Notes: generated by a model from the sequence alone, not told the origin. DNA of 64,000 nucleotides from a bacterium (GCA_037143195.1 JBAWZD010000002.1:207157-271156); one strand, 5' to 3'. Counted from the first letter of the stretch, positions 18,645 to 29,240 are shown. A program made the numbers and translations.

Positions 18645-19404
18645 TTAAGATATCGTTGATAATTCGTTTTGTTTCTTCGGGTCCGGATGTTTCGCGCGTG
18701 TGTGAACCAAGCCGGTGTACTGATGCGTCATTGCCACCTTCGAAGAGGGCATCGCCGATGTAGAGGAGCTCCTGTGGGAGAATGGTGAGATGATTCATGA
18801 GGCGTTCAAGACCAGAGGCTTTGTCGATGCCTTGCTTGGTGATGTCTATCGAGGTGCTTCCGCCGATGCGAACGGAGAATTCGGGAAGGCGGGCACGAAG
18901 CGCGAGCGCGATGCGCTCGCGCTTCGCATGGTCTGGATCCCAACCTTCCTTGAGTGCAAGCGGTGCCTCGCTCCCAAATGCCGAAAAAGTAATCTGTGAA
19001 TCTCTGTCCTCAATCAAAATTCCGTGTACTGTTTCTGGGTATACAAATCCTGTTTCACTGAGAGCCTCGTCAAATGCCTGAAAGATTTTTTTCTTTTCGT
19101 CGCTCGTGAGTACGCTTGTGTGGAGTGTGTTCCACGTATCGCCATATTCATACAGACTCGCGCCATTGGTCGAGATGATATGGACACGTCCCGCGTGATC
19201 CCTTCGTGGAGTGAATGTCGAGAGAAATTGCTTTTCAAATTGTTGAAATGCTGCACCTGACACTATTGCCACATGCATCTCATCGAGCAGACGAGTCAGT
19301 AAGTCTGCCATTTCCGGAGTCAATCGAGATTTGCTCTCGGCGAGTGTTCCGTCGAGATCAAAGGCGATGAGTTTCAAATTCTTTTTTGATGCAGGGATTT
19401 TCAT
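18634..19404 (-). CDS. HAD-IIB (Cof-like) sugar phosphatase
   Basis: LIAFDLDGTLAESK motif I. Confidence 0.7.
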   Translation of the reverse strand: MKIPASKKNLKLIAFDLDGTLAESKSRLTPEMADLLTRLLDEMHVAIVSGAAFQQFEKQFLSTFTPRRDHAGRVHIISTNGASLYEYGDTWNTLHTSVLTSDEKKKIFQAFDEALSETGFVYPETVHGILIEDRDSQITFSAFGSEAPLALKEGWDPDHAKRERIALALRARLPEFSVRIGGSTSIDITKQGIDKASGLERLMNHLTILPQELLYIGDALFEGGNDASVHRLGSHTRETSGPEETKRIINDILSGE

Positions 19405-19413
19405 ACCGTCTGA

Positions 19414-19845
19414 TTATGCTTTTTCTTCATATGCCTTCAGAAGCTCTGAAGAACTGCGGAGTTTGCCTCCGCCGACATTGAATACCATTTCTACACCGAG
19501 TTCTCGACAGACAGCTGATTCAGGAATGTCTTTCTCATCTTTGCGGTCACCACCGTTGGCGAAGATTGCGGGCTTGTACAATGCAATGGCTTCGCTCACA
19601 TCAGAAAGCTTGCTTTCAAGGACATACACATGGTCGACGCAGGAGAACCCACGAATGATTTCAGCGCGGTCAGCTGAGGACATGAATTTGCGACCTTTCT
19701 TGCGCATCAACCAATCATCACAATTGATGACGACGAGCAATTCGTCGCCGAGCGCCTTGGCTTCTTGAAACATGCGCAAATGTCCGACATGGATTGGGTC
19801 GAATCCACCGCTTACCATGACGAGTTTTTTCGAGTTTGGTTTCAT
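19414..19845 (-). CDS. cytidylyltransferase-like nucleotidyltransferase (TagD/RfaE domain II-like)
   Basis: GGFDPIHVGH HxGH motif. Confidence 0.7.
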   Translation of the reverse strand: MKPNSKKLVMVSGGFDPIHVGHLRMFQEAKALGDELLVVINCDDWLMRKKGRKFMSSADRAEIIRGFSCVDHVYVLESKLSDVSEAIALYKPAIFANGGDRKDEKDIPESAVCRELGVEMVFNVGGGKLRSSSELLKAYEEKA

Positions 19846-20528
19846 AGTTGTTGTAAAAATCGTTCAATATATCCGAGGACTACTTCGGGATTGTCATCCA
19901 TTACGTGCGTGCCGTTTTCAGAGAGGATAATGTCAGTGTGTGCATTCGTGCATTTGTTTGCGTATTCGGTAAGGACGCGATAATCGGCAACGCTGTCTTG
20001 CTTGCTCTGAACAAAGAGAACATGCGTGGTGATTTTCTCAAGTCCCTGCAAGAAACGATTCTGCATATAGTCGACAGCCATGCGAAGTGCTCCAATTGGG
20101 AACATACGACGACTTTTCTTTTTTTCGAGTGGACGATAGAGCGGGTAGATGATTGGCGCAATGTACGAACCAAGACGAATGAGTCGAGGATAGCGGAGTC
20201 GAAATGGTGTTCCAATGCTCACGATACCGTCGAGATCGTGGTGGGTCTTTTCATGCTCGAGGAGCATCGCTCCGCCAAGACTAATACCGACGCCGACGAC
20301 TTTTTGGTGTGTTGTTTTTGCATCGCGGATTATTGCTTCGATCGATGTAAGTGCATTGGGAATGGTGATCTTTGAAAAATCGTCCGAAGGAACAGCTCCA
20401 AAGAAATTCGTGCTCACAGCCTGATAGCCACGTTCGGTGAGGAGCGTCTTTAGTTTTTGTACTGGTACATCATCAGGCGCAAACCCGGGGAGTAGTACGA
20501 AGCAGATATTTTTGGGAGGAATATGCAT
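19842..20528 (-). CDS. alpha/beta hydrolase
   Basis: GVGISLGGAM nucleophile elbow. Confidence 0.6.
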   Translation of the reverse strand: MHIPPKNICFVLLPGFAPDDVPVQKLKTLLTERGYQAVSTNFFGAVPSDDFSKITIPNALTSIEAIIRDAKTTHQKVVGVGISLGGAMLLEHEKTHHDLDGIVSIGTPFRLRYPRLIRLGSYIAPIIYPLYRPLEKKKSRRMFPIGALRMAVDYMQNRFLQGLEKITTHVLFVQSKQDSVADYRVLTEYANKCTNAHTDIILSENGTHVMDDNPEVVLGYIERFLQQL

Positions 20529-20539
20529 ACGTTTGAATA

Positions 20540-21193
20540 TTAGGGTAATGCTTCTTGGGTTCCTGTGTGAAAGATTGAGAGGTCTTTTGCAAAGAAGATT
20601 GTCGCAAGGCGGAAGATCGTGTAGGTGATATAGAATGCACCAAGAACATCAATGGAATAATGGTAGTGTCCAAGGAGAACGACGATTCCAAAGAAGATAG
20701 AGCAAAAGATAAAGAAGTAACGAAGCCATGGACGGTCCCAACAGATAAGAGCCATGAGAAAGGGGAAGCCGGTATGAGCTGAGAAGAATAAATCAGCGGC
20801 AAATGTGTATTGTTGGATGAGCCACGGAATGTTTTGGTTGACGGGAACGAATGGTCCAAGATGTGTCAGCGAAATAAATACTGCACGAGTTACAATGAAG
20901 AGTGAGATTGCTTTCAGTGTAAACGGGAGACGCTTTGGTTCGTAGATTGAGAGATACGAAAAGAAGAGCCACATGAGTACCGGTGCGTAGGTGAAGATGA
21001 TTGCAACATTGAATACCGGCACGTTACTGAGTACGATATCCGTGACCGTGCTACTTGCGTGCGTCGTAGCATAACGACTCGCGTAGAAATTGATGACGAG
21101 GCTCACGATGAGCATAACGATCCCAAGTGCGAGCGATGTTTGGAAATATCTACTTCGAATGTCGTTTTTGTTTTTATGAATCCAATTTTTCAT
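20540..21193 (-). CDS. PAP2-superfamily membrane phosphatase/phosphotransferase
   Basis: FFSAHTG and GHYHYSIDV motifs, six helices. Confidence 0.6.
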   Translation of the reverse strand: MKNWIHKNKNDIRSRYFQTSLALGIVMLIVSLVINFYASRYATTHASSTVTDIVLSNVPVFNVAIIFTYAPVLMWLFFSYLSIYEPKRLPFTLKAISLFIVTRAVFISLTHLGPFVPVNQNIPWLIQQYTFAADLFFSAHTGFPFLMALICWDRPWLRYFFIFCSIFFGIVVLLGHYHYSIDVLGAFYITYTIFRLATIFFAKDLSIFHTGTQEALP

Positions 21194-21194
21194 A

Positions 21195-22364
21195 CTACTT
21201 TTGTGTCACACGTGTATAGATTGTTTCAAACGCACCGATTGTCGATTTGATTCCGTGAGGATTGATGATCTCAAGACTTTTTGCACCCATCTGTGCACGG
21301 AGTTTTTCATTCGTGAAGAGGAGCGTAATTTTTTCTGCGATCGTCGTGTAGTCTGCAGGTTCAAAGAGAAAACCATTTTCTCCGTCGTGCACGAGTTCGG
21401 GAAGGGCGAGTGCGTTGACTGCAATGATCGGGAGGCCTGAAGCCATTGCTTCCATCACGACGATACATTGGAGCTCTACCATGCAGGCAATCGTGAAGCA
21501 CGTACTTGTTGCATAGAGTGCTGGTAGATCTTCGTCAGGGACAAATCCGAGGAACGTGACGCGGTCGAGGATCTCGAGTTTTGCGGCAAGCTTTTGCAGA
21601 CGAACTTGTTCTTGGCCCTTGCCGGCGATTGCAAAGTGAAGGCTTACGTTTTTGGGAACGAGTTTGATTGCGTGCAAAATATGGTCAACATTTTTTTCTT
21701 TGTCGAGACGGCCAACATACAGGAGGAGAGGTTTGTTTGGTAAACCATATTTTGCGCGAATCGATTCGTCTTTGTTGCTTGGGTTGAATCGAGTGAGGTC
21801 GATACCACAGGAGATAGCATGGACTTCTTGTGAAAATCCGTTTTTGCGAACAAGATTCGCGGCGCTTTCAGTTGGTGTTGTGACTGCGCTGAGTGGGTCA
21901 AAGACTTTGCGGAAATCACCCCATGCAAAATCCATCACCATTTTTTCGAGCTTTTTAGGGAGGTGGAGATAGTGAACAAGATTCTCTGGCATGAAATGGT
22001 TTGTGCCAACAATCGGAGTATTCTTATTGTGTGTTTTTACCCCTTTGATGACTTTTTTTGAAACGGCGAAATGTCCTTGGAGGTGCACAACATCAGGATT
22101 GAATTCTTTGATCGTTTGCGTGATACGGCCTTGGATGAGGACGGGAATGACAACACGGAATCCAAACGACATGACAGGGATTGAAGGTACGCCGAACATT
22201 CTGACTCCATTAAAATTTGCGTTTTCAAATCCAAACTTTGTTGCTGGTGCAATCACGAGTACGTCATGACCTTGTTCTTTGAGATAGTAGGCGAGACGCT
22301 GAGTGAAGTATGATGCGCCGTTGACGTGCGGGTAATAGGTGTCTGAAGAAATAAGTATTTTCAT
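21195..22364 (-). CDS. GT4-family glycosyltransferase
   Basis: EAMASGLPIIA...ELVHDGENGFLF. Confidence 0.85.
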   Translation of the reverse strand: MKILISSDTYYPHVNGASYFTQRLAYYLKEQGHDVLVIAPATKFGFENANFNGVRMFGVPSIPVMSFGFRVVIPVLIQGRITQTIKEFNPDVVHLQGHFAVSKKVIKGVKTHNKNTPIVGTNHFMPENLVHYLHLPKKLEKMVMDFAWGDFRKVFDPLSAVTTPTESAANLVRKNGFSQEVHAISCGIDLTRFNPSNKDESIRAKYGLPNKPLLLYVGRLDKEKNVDHILHAIKLVPKNVSLHFAIAGKGQEQVRLQKLAAKLEILDRVTFLGFVPDEDLPALYATSTCFTIACMVELQCIVVMEAMASGLPIIAVNALALPELVHDGENGFLFEPADYTTIAEKITLLFTNEKLRAQMGAKSLEIINPHGIKSTIGAFETIYTRVTQK

Positions 22365-22993
22365 CGAATTCGAGTTTTAAATTTGATAATAAGAAAAACG
22401 ATAAGCGTGATACCGACGACGGCAGTTATGATTCCAAAATAGCCGAGGTATGTGTTGAGTTGTTGATATGCATGACCGAACAGTATGCCAAGGAGGAGGA
22501 ATACTGCAGATTGAATGAGGGAAATGCCAAGACAAGTGAAAAAGAATTTTTTGTATGAGATGTGCAGGCTTCCAGCTGCGACGAGTCCCGAGATGCCAAC
22601 ACCATGTACAATCTTCGACATCACAAGCGCTTTGTGATGATGGGTAGTGAAATATTCACGCGCTTCATCGAGCTTTTGCTGGTTGATTGATTTTCCAAAG
22701 AAGCGATGCACGACACTTCGACTGCCTCGTCCAAACCAATAGAGGAATGAATCACCGATCGCATCGCCTGCGACAACGAGACCGTACACTATAAATGGGT
22801 TAAAGATATGTGTGGTAACAAAGAAACCGGCAATAATAGTAATGATAGGTCCTTCGATAATCGCAAGTGGAAATATGAAGACATACCTATACGAGAGAAG
22901 TAACGAAAGTATTTTCGACATGGTAAACATGGCTACCAGTATGCCCGAATGAATATGAAAATAAGATGAAGAATACGATATGGACGTCGTCAT
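22361..22993 (-). CDS. DedA/VTT family membrane protein (start at ATG 22993; track ORF extends into the RR gene)
   Basis: FPLAIIEGPIITIIAGFF DedA motif. Confidence 0.6.
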   Translation of the reverse strand: MTTSISYSSSYFHIHSGILVAMFTMSKILSLLLSYRYVFIFPLAIIEGPIITIIAGFFVTTHIFNPFIVYGLVVAGDAIGDSFLYWFGRGSRSVVHRFFGKSINQQKLDEAREYFTTHHHKALVMSKIVHGVGISGLVAAGSLHISYKKFFFTCLGISLIQSAVFLLLGILFGHAYQQLNTYLGYFGIITAVVGITLIVFLIIKFKTRIR

Positions 22994-23014
22994 GTTCCGT
23001 GGTAGTATCGAGGA

Positions 23015-23683
23015 ATGAAGATCTTGGTCGTCGAAGATGAGCCGAAACTCGCACTGTCGATACAAAAAGGCCTTATGCAAGAAGGGTATGTTGTCGATGT
23101 GCTTGGAGATGGTCTTCACGCACTCCATCGAATCAAAGAGAACTCTCACGGATATGATCTTGTGATTCTTGACTTGATGCTTCCAAACAAAGATGGGCTC
23201 GCGGTATGTCGAGAGGTGCGAGCAGCACGTATTTTTATACCACTATTGATGCTCACGGCACGAGATACGAAGAGTGATGTTGTAGTTGGGCTTGATGCTG
23301 GTGCGGATGATTATCTGATTAAACCGTTTTCTTTTGAAGAGTTGCTCGCGCGCATACGCTCGCTCGCTCGTCGCCCAATCCAATTTGAGTCCGAACAATT
23401 AGAATCTCGAGGGCTCGTGATGAACACAAAGACTCGTGTGGTGCTACAAAATGGAGAAGAAATTGCACTCACATTTAAAGAATTCGCACTCCTTGAATTC
23501 TTGATGAAGCACAGAGGGCAGGTTGTCACACGCGAAGAACTACTCGAACATGTCTGGGACTTTGCATTTGATTCGTTTAGTAACGTGGTCGATGTTCATA
23601 TTAAAAACCTTCGAAAAAAAATAAACACACATGAAGAAATTTTGGAAACAGTGCGTGGGGTGGGGTACCGCTTATTGGCGTAA
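23015..23683 (+). CDS. OmpR-family response regulator
   Basis: receiver plus winged-helix domains. Confidence 0.9.
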   Translation: MKILVVEDEPKLALSIQKGLMQEGYVVDVLGDGLHALHRIKENSHGYDLVILDLMLPNKDGLAVCREVRAARIFIPLLMLTARDTKSDVVVGLDAGADDYLIKPFSFEELLARIRSLARRPIQFESEQLESRGLVMNTKTRVVLQNGEEIALTFKEFALLEFLMKHRGQVVTREELLEHVWDFAFDSFSNVVDVHIKNLRKKINTHEEILETVRGVGYRLLA

Positions 23684-23714
23684 TATTTTTCTCCGTACTC
23701 GAATCGTCCTTACG

Positions 23715-24644
23715 ATGTATTACGTGCTCGTGGTGACCGTCATCATGTCGGTGTTTAGTACATTTTTGTATCTTGCACTCGAAAAAAATTTGCAGGATTC
23801 GATGGGTGAACTGCCTATTGTTGCGGTCTCAACACGACACTTGCTCCACATGGCACGCGAACATTTGGCGCATACTATTATTACGGTCGACGGGCTGACT
23901 CTTATCATTGTCGCGGTGTTGTGTTATCTGCTCGCGGGGTGGACACTTCGTCCAATCAAACGAGCACTTGATGACCAGCGTGCCTTTAGTGCCGATGCTT
24001 CACATGAATTGCGCACGCCACTCGCAGTCATCCAAAGCGAATCTGAAGTTTTGCTTCGGACCGCTTCACCAACGATTGATGAGTATCGTCACGTTGTAAA
24101 GAGTGCGCTCGAGGAAGTCATGCGAATGAAGAAGATCGTTGATGGTCTGCTTGTTCTCGCTCGTTCCGAACAAATCACGAGCGGACGATTCCAGCCTGTC
24201 GATCTTGGTCGTTTGCTCGATGATATTGTTGGTACCTTCGCTCCAATCGCGATTGCGCGCACTGTCATACTCTCAAGTCACAATATACAAGAGACCGTGA
24301 TGGTGAAGGGGCATGAGACAAAATTGAGGCATGCGTTTGGAAATGTTCTCAAAAACGCGCTTGATTTTACTCCTTCCGGAAAATCAGTGATTGTCCGTCT
24401 TCTGACACAAGGGAATCGCGCCGTCGTAGAGATTGTTGATACAGGGTCAGGGATTACAAACGAGGATCTGCCTCATGTATTTGAGCGATTCTATAAATCA
24501 AACGGACCACGCGAAGAACGGAATGGGACAGGGCTCGGGCTTGCGATCACAAAAGAAATTGTTGAAAACCATAACGGCACTGTGTCTATCACGAGTACAC
24601 TTGGTGAAGGCACGTGCGTTGTGTTTGATTTTCCGCTCATGTAA
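23715..24644 (+). CDS. sensor histidine kinase (alternative start ATG 23631 overlapping the RR)
   Basis: SHELRTPL H-box, HATPase_c motifs. Confidence 0.85.
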   Translation: MYYVLVVTVIMSVFSTFLYLALEKNLQDSMGELPIVAVSTRHLLHMAREHLAHTIITVDGLTLIIVAVLCYLLAGWTLRPIKRALDDQRAFSADASHELRTPLAVIQSESEVLLRTASPTIDEYRHVVKSALEEVMRMKKIVDGLLVLARSEQITSGRFQPVDLGRLLDDIVGTFAPIAIARTVILSSHNIQETVMVKGHETKLRHAFGNVLKNALDFTPSGKSVIVRLLTQGNRAVVEIVDTGSGITNEDLPHVFERFYKSNGPREERNGTGLGLAITKEIVENHNGTVSITSTLGEGTCVVFDFPLM

Positions 24645-24649
24645 CATAA

Positions 24650-25348
24650 ATGTATATGGATACTTCATCTACGATAATTGATTTAACACATACGATCTCG
24701 TCCAAGACACCGACGTTCGATGGCGGATGTGGATTCTATCTTTCGACTACGGTCGATTATCACGAGTGTACAGAACCGAATTTGTTTCGAGTGCAAAAGA
24801 TTGATATGCGTGCAGGTATTGGTACGCATATTGATGCGCCAGCGCATTGTATCGAAGGTGGTGAGACAATTGAATCACTCAAGCTTGAGAATCTCGTGAC
24901 TGCATGTGTGATGATCGCTGTTGATACGGGTGGCGAAGAAACATTTCGAATCCTTCCTGAGATCGTAGAAGCATTTGAAAAAACGCACGGACAAATTGCA
25001 TCAAATTCATTTGTTATTTTTTATACAGGGTGGGACAAGTACTGGGACACCGCAGAAAAATATTTGAATGATCACAAATCACCGAGTATCGATGTTCGCA
25101 CGGCCGAGCTTTTACTTGCTCGAAATGTCTCAGGAATTGGCATTGATACATTGTCCGCGGATAGCGGAGCAGAAGATTTTCCCGTGCACCGTGCAGTGCT
25201 TGGTGCAGGGAAGTATCTCGTAGAAAATATTGCGAATGCATCAAAACTTCCGTCGGTTGGTGCGCAGAGTATCGTGCTTCCGATGAAAATACAGGATGCA
25301 ACAGAATCACCAGTGCGTCTGATTGCGCTCGTTCCGTCAAAAATCTAG
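24650..25348 (+). CDS. cyclase family protein (kynurenine formamidase-like)
   Basis: GTHIDAPAHCIEGG motif. Confidence 0.7.
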   Translation: MYMDTSSTIIDLTHTISSKTPTFDGGCGFYLSTTVDYHECTEPNLFRVQKIDMRAGIGTHIDAPAHCIEGGETIESLKLENLVTACVMIAVDTGGEETFRILPEIVEAFEKTHGQIASNSFVIFYTGWDKYWDTAEKYLNDHKSPSIDVRTAELLLARNVSGIGIDTLSADSGAEDFPVHRAVLGAGKYLVENIANASKLPSVGAQSIVLPMKIQDATESPVRLIALVPSKI

Positions 25349-25378
25349 TCGAGCATCGTGTGGTATACTAGGTGAATT

Positions 25379-26101
25379 ATGACAACACAACGCGACCCAA
25401 TCGTACACACAGAAATTCACGCGACGACTATCAACTCAAAGCTGAATTGGTTGCGCGCTGCGGTTCTCGGAGCGAATGACGGAATCGTTTCTGTCTCATC
25501 TGTTGTTGTGGGTGTTGCGGGTGCGACAAACACGACCGGATTTATTTTGACTGCAGGTGTGGCGAGTCTCGTTGCCGGAGCACTTTCGATGGCTGTTGGT
25601 GAATATGTGTCCGTCAGTACACAGCGCGATACCGAACGTGCACTTCTTGAAAAAGAGCGTTGGGAATTGGTGAATGAACCAGAAGCTGAACAACAAGAAC
25701 TTGCGACGATTTACCAGCAAAAGGGTTTGTCAGAAAAGACAGCTCAGCTCGTAGCGCAAGAATTGACTGATCACGATGCGTTTGCTGCACACGTCGACGC
25801 AGAACTCGGACTCGACCCAGATGATCTCACGAACCCATGGCATGCAGCGTATGCTTCTGGTGCGGCGTTTTTCTGTGGAGCGATTATTCCACTTCTTGCA
25901 ATTGTATTACCACCCGCATCAATTCGTATTCCGGTCACATTCGGCGCAGTCATTATTGCCCTTATAATCACGGGAGGATTGAGTGCTCATGCAGGAGGTG
26001 CAAGCAAGCGCAAAGCGACACTTCGCGTTGTTGGAGGAGGATTGATTGCGATGCTTGTAACATTCGGAATCGGAAAATTGTTCGGCGTTGCGGGAATATA
26101 A
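25379..26101 (+). CDS. VIT1/CCC1 family iron/manganese transporter
   Basis: LRAAVLGANDGIVSVSSVVVGVAGA. Confidence 0.8.
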   Translation: MTTQRDPIVHTEIHATTINSKLNWLRAAVLGANDGIVSVSSVVVGVAGATNTTGFILTAGVASLVAGALSMAVGEYVSVSTQRDTERALLEKERWELVNEPEAEQQELATIYQQKGLSEKTAQLVAQELTDHDAFAAHVDAELGLDPDDLTNPWHAAYASGAAFFCGAIIPLLAIVLPPASIRIPVTFGAVIIALIITGGLSAHAGGASKRKATLRVVGGGLIAMLVTFGIGKLFGVAGI

Positions 26102-26104
26102 TCG

Positions 26105-26761
26105 CTAGTGAGTGATTCCAGGAATAATAAAGAAACCGTACAATACGGCGCAGAAATTGAGTGCTGCGTGTGAGAGGATAATGAGTGGCAAACTTGGGTA
26201 ACGAAGATACATCACGGCAAACCCAATACCACCAACGAACGCGACTGGCAACCCGACCATCGGGTTTGGAAATATTGTATGCAAGAAAACGAAGATGAGT
26301 GTATTGGTAATGACAATCATCGGTACATTGCGTGAGAGTTTGCCGAGTGCCGGAATGAGATACCCACGATACGCAACTTCTTGAAAGAACGATACGACAA
26401 AAAAGAGATAGAGGAAATGACTGTGCGTCCACCAACGTTTGATCTCTTCATTTTTAATAATATATTCACCGAATCCAATCAGGAGGAGCATCATGATGAT
26501 GGTGAATGCGAGATAGGGGAGGAAGTATTTTTTTAGAGTGCTTCTTTCCAAGAAAAACATACTTGGCGTCCATTTTTCATACACCAGAATCCCCGTGAAG
26601 AGTGTCACCATACCGACAAGTACAAATACTCGATCAGTAATCGGGATAATCTTTGCGTAAATGAGAGCGACTGGGATGATAAAAACAAGCACGATTTGAA
26701 TGAAAATTTCTATTCGGCTTGTTTCGATGCGACGAATCGCATGACTGACGCTTCTATGCAT
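26105..26761 (-). CDS. CPBP (CAAX) family intramembrane metalloprotease
   Basis: EEVAYRGY and FLH motifs. Confidence 0.7.
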   Translation of the reverse strand: MHRSVSHAIRRIETSRIEIFIQIVLVFIIPVALIYAKIIPITDRVFVLVGMVTLFTGILVYEKWTPSMFFLERSTLKKYFLPYLAFTIIMMLLLIGFGEYIIKNEEIKRWWTHSHFLYLFFVVSFFQEVAYRGYLIPALGKLSRNVPMIVITNTLIFVFLHTIFPNPMVGLPVAFVGGIGFAVMYLRYPSLPLIILSHAALNFCAVLYGFFIIPGITH

Positions 26762-26794
26762 ATCGATTTTAGTATATCATGGTGCGTATTCAAT

Positions 26795-28135
26795 ATGACA
26801 GAGTCACCAAAGCTTAAAACATATGTATTTCACGTTCACGGAATGCACTGCCATTCATGTGTTCTTTTGACAGAAAGGGAGCTTGGTTCTCTCTCATCAG
26901 TTTCAAACATTAAGACAAGCCTGAAGGAACGGACCATCACGGTACACGCTGTGTCTTCTCTGGACGTAGAATCTATTTTGGAAGAATGTAATGAAAAACT
27001 TCGTTCGTATGGATACTCACTTTCGCTTCAGAAGGAACGTATCAAACAAAAGTTTTCAGAATTCATCGTGGCCATTCCCGTTGCAATTGGTTTTATTGCC
27101 TTGTTTCTTTTTTTACAAAAGATTGGATTGTTTCATTTTGGCACGACTGGAACAGTGACTTATGGTAGTGCTTTTATTATTGGACTCGTTGCCTCTGTTT
27201 CGACGTGCATGGCAATTGTCGGTGGTTTGGTGCTTTCACTTGGAGCGACGGTTGCAAAAGAAGGAAGGTCAATGCGTCCGCAAATACTTTTCCATAGTGG
27301 ACGCATCCTCTCGTTTTTTGTTTTCGGAGGTCTGATTGGAATGCTTGGTGAAATTTTTAGCATTGGAACGACTGCAACACTGTTTTTGAGTTTTCTTACT
27401 GGGTTTGTCATGCTCATTCTGGGCATCAATTTGCTCCATGTCTTTCATTGGTCCAAACGATTACAGTTTGTCATGCCAAAAGCATTATCTAAGCATGCAT
27501 TCGGAATGACACAATTGAATCACACCTTTACACCGTTTCTTATTGGTGTCGCGACGTTCTTCTTGCCATGTGGTTTTACTCAGGCAATGCAAGTATATAC
27601 TTTGACGGCCGGAGGATTTCTCCATGGCGGACTCATTATGGGTGCGTTTGCGCTCGGAACACTTCCCGTACTTGCAGGTATCTCCCTGAGTTCGTTTTCG
27701 ATTACGAATAGCCGGCACTCGGGAATGTTTTTTAAAACGGTTGGAATTGTTGTTATCTTTTTTGCATTGTTCACGTTGAGCAGTAGTCTTGCACTTACTG
27801 GTATTTCTGTGCCAACACTATCGTATTCTCGAGGGGCAAGTCTTGTGAAAAAAAATGTATATATTGTAGATGGAGTACAGGTAATTGCAATAAAAGCGGG
27901 TGAGGGGTATTCTCCAAGTACGACTATTGCAAAGGCTGGTATTCCAACTATTGTTCGATTTACTACGAATGGGTCACTTGATTGTTCGTCGTCTGTTCGG
28001 ATTCCGAGTTTGAATATGTCTCGTTTTTTGAATCTCAATGGCACGACAGATGTTGATCTTGGAATACCGAAAGTTGGGTTACTTGGAGGAATGTGTGGTA
28101 TGGGAATGTTTCCGTTCTCGATTGATTTTAAATAA
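26795..28135 (+). CDS. HMA-domain fused TauE/SafE-like membrane protein with C-terminal cupredoxin-like domain
   Basis: HGMHCHSCV metal-binding motif; polytopic core; start ATG 26795. Confidence 0.6.
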   Translation: MTESPKLKTYVFHVHGMHCHSCVLLTERELGSLSSVSNIKTSLKERTITVHAVSSLDVESILEECNEKLRSYGYSLSLQKERIKQKFSEFIVAIPVAIGFIALFLFLQKIGLFHFGTTGTVTYGSAFIIGLVASVSTCMAIVGGLVLSLGATVAKEGRSMRPQILFHSGRILSFFVFGGLIGMLGEIFSIGTTATLFLSFLTGFVMLILGINLLHVFHWSKRLQFVMPKALSKHAFGMTQLNHTFTPFLIGVATFFLPCGFTQAMQVYTLTAGGFLHGGLIMGAFALGTLPVLAGISLSSFSITNSRHSGMFFKTVGIVVIFFALFTLSSSLALTGISVPTLSYSRGASLVKKNVYIVDGVQVIAIKAGEGYSPSTTIAKAGIPTIVRFTTNGSLDCSSSVRIPSLNMSRFLNLNGTTDVDLGIPKVGLLGGMCGMGMFPFSIDFK

Positions 28136-28157
28136 GGTGTAGAATGATAAACAGTAT

Positions 28158-29240
28158 ATGTATACAAAAATAATTAAGCCGATTTTGTTCCGTTTTGATC
28201 CTGAGCATGTGCATGATTTCTTTGTCGCGACGGGGCGAGTGCTTGGGGCGACCGCGCTCACGCGCGGTCTTGTCAGCATGTTTTGTCGCTACGAAAATCC
28301 AATGCTCGAGACAACGGTCTCGGGGATTCACTTCAAAAACCCCATCGGCCTCGCGGCTGGATTCGACAAGGACGTGCAGCTCACGAGTGTCATGCCCGCA
28401 GTTGGCTTCGGATATATGGAAGTCGGTGCGGTGACGCGCCACCCGTATGAAGGCAACAAAGGTCTTCGTCTCGCACGGTTACCCGCGGATCAATCACTCA
28501 TTGTGTACTACGGACTCAAAAATATTGGTGCCGTTGAGATCGAAAAGAAACTCAAGAAACTTTCGTTTTCATTTCCCGTTGGACTCAATATCGCCAAGAC
28601 AAATCGCGCAGACATTATGGGAGAGAAGTCCGTCGAAGATTATGTCGAGACATATCGTATGCTTGGCAAGTATTTCGCGTATGTGACGATCAACGTCTCA
28701 TGCCCGAATGCGCAAGACGGATGTACGTTTCAAGATCCTGCCATGCTCGACGACTTGCTCGGCGCATATGCCAAAGAGGAAAAAGTGTGTCCAATCTTTC
28801 TCAAAATTTCGAGTCATTTGAGTGAGCAAGAGATCGATGCCATTCTCGCCGTCGTAGAAAAGTATTCATTCATCGATGGATTCATCACCGGCAATCTTTC
28901 AAAGCGTCGCGATATTCTTGATTTGAAATCAGACAAGGCGCGTTTGGATTTGATTCCTGCGGGTGGAATTTCTGGCAAGCCAGTGCAAGAACTCACCACA
29001 AACGAGATTCGATATATCTACCAGAAGACAAAAGGGAAGTATGTCATCATCGGTCTTGGTGGCGTCTTCACCGCCGAAGATGCATATGAAAAGATAAAAG
29101 CTGGAGCATCGCTCGTGCAAATCATCACTGGCCTCATTTACGGCGGTCCAACAACAGTAAAAGACATCAACAAAGGTCTCGTCGCGCTCTTGAAACGCGA
29201 TGGCTACAAAAATATCGCTGAAGCTGTAGGGAAAGAATAA
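28158..29240 (+). CDS. pyrD: dihydroorotate dehydrogenase (quinone), class 2
   Basis: N-terminal membrane-association extension, NVSCPN and GLGGV motifs. Confidence 0.9.
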   Translation: MYTKIIKPILFRFDPEHVHDFFVATGRVLGATALTRGLVSMFCRYENPMLETTVSGIHFKNPIGLAAGFDKDVQLTSVMPAVGFGYMEVGAVTRHPYEGNKGLRLARLPADQSLIVYYGLKNIGAVEIEKKLKKLSFSFPVGLNIAKTNRADIMGEKSVEDYVETYRMLGKYFAYVTINVSCPNAQDGCTFQDPAMLDDLLGAYAKEEKVCPIFLKISSHLSEQEIDAILAVVEKYSFIDGFITGNLSKRRDILDLKSDKARLDLIPAGGISGKPVQELTTNEIRYIYQKTKGKYVIIGLGGVFTAEDAYEKIKAGASLVQIITGLIYGGPTTVKDINKGLVALLKRDGYKNIAEAVGKE

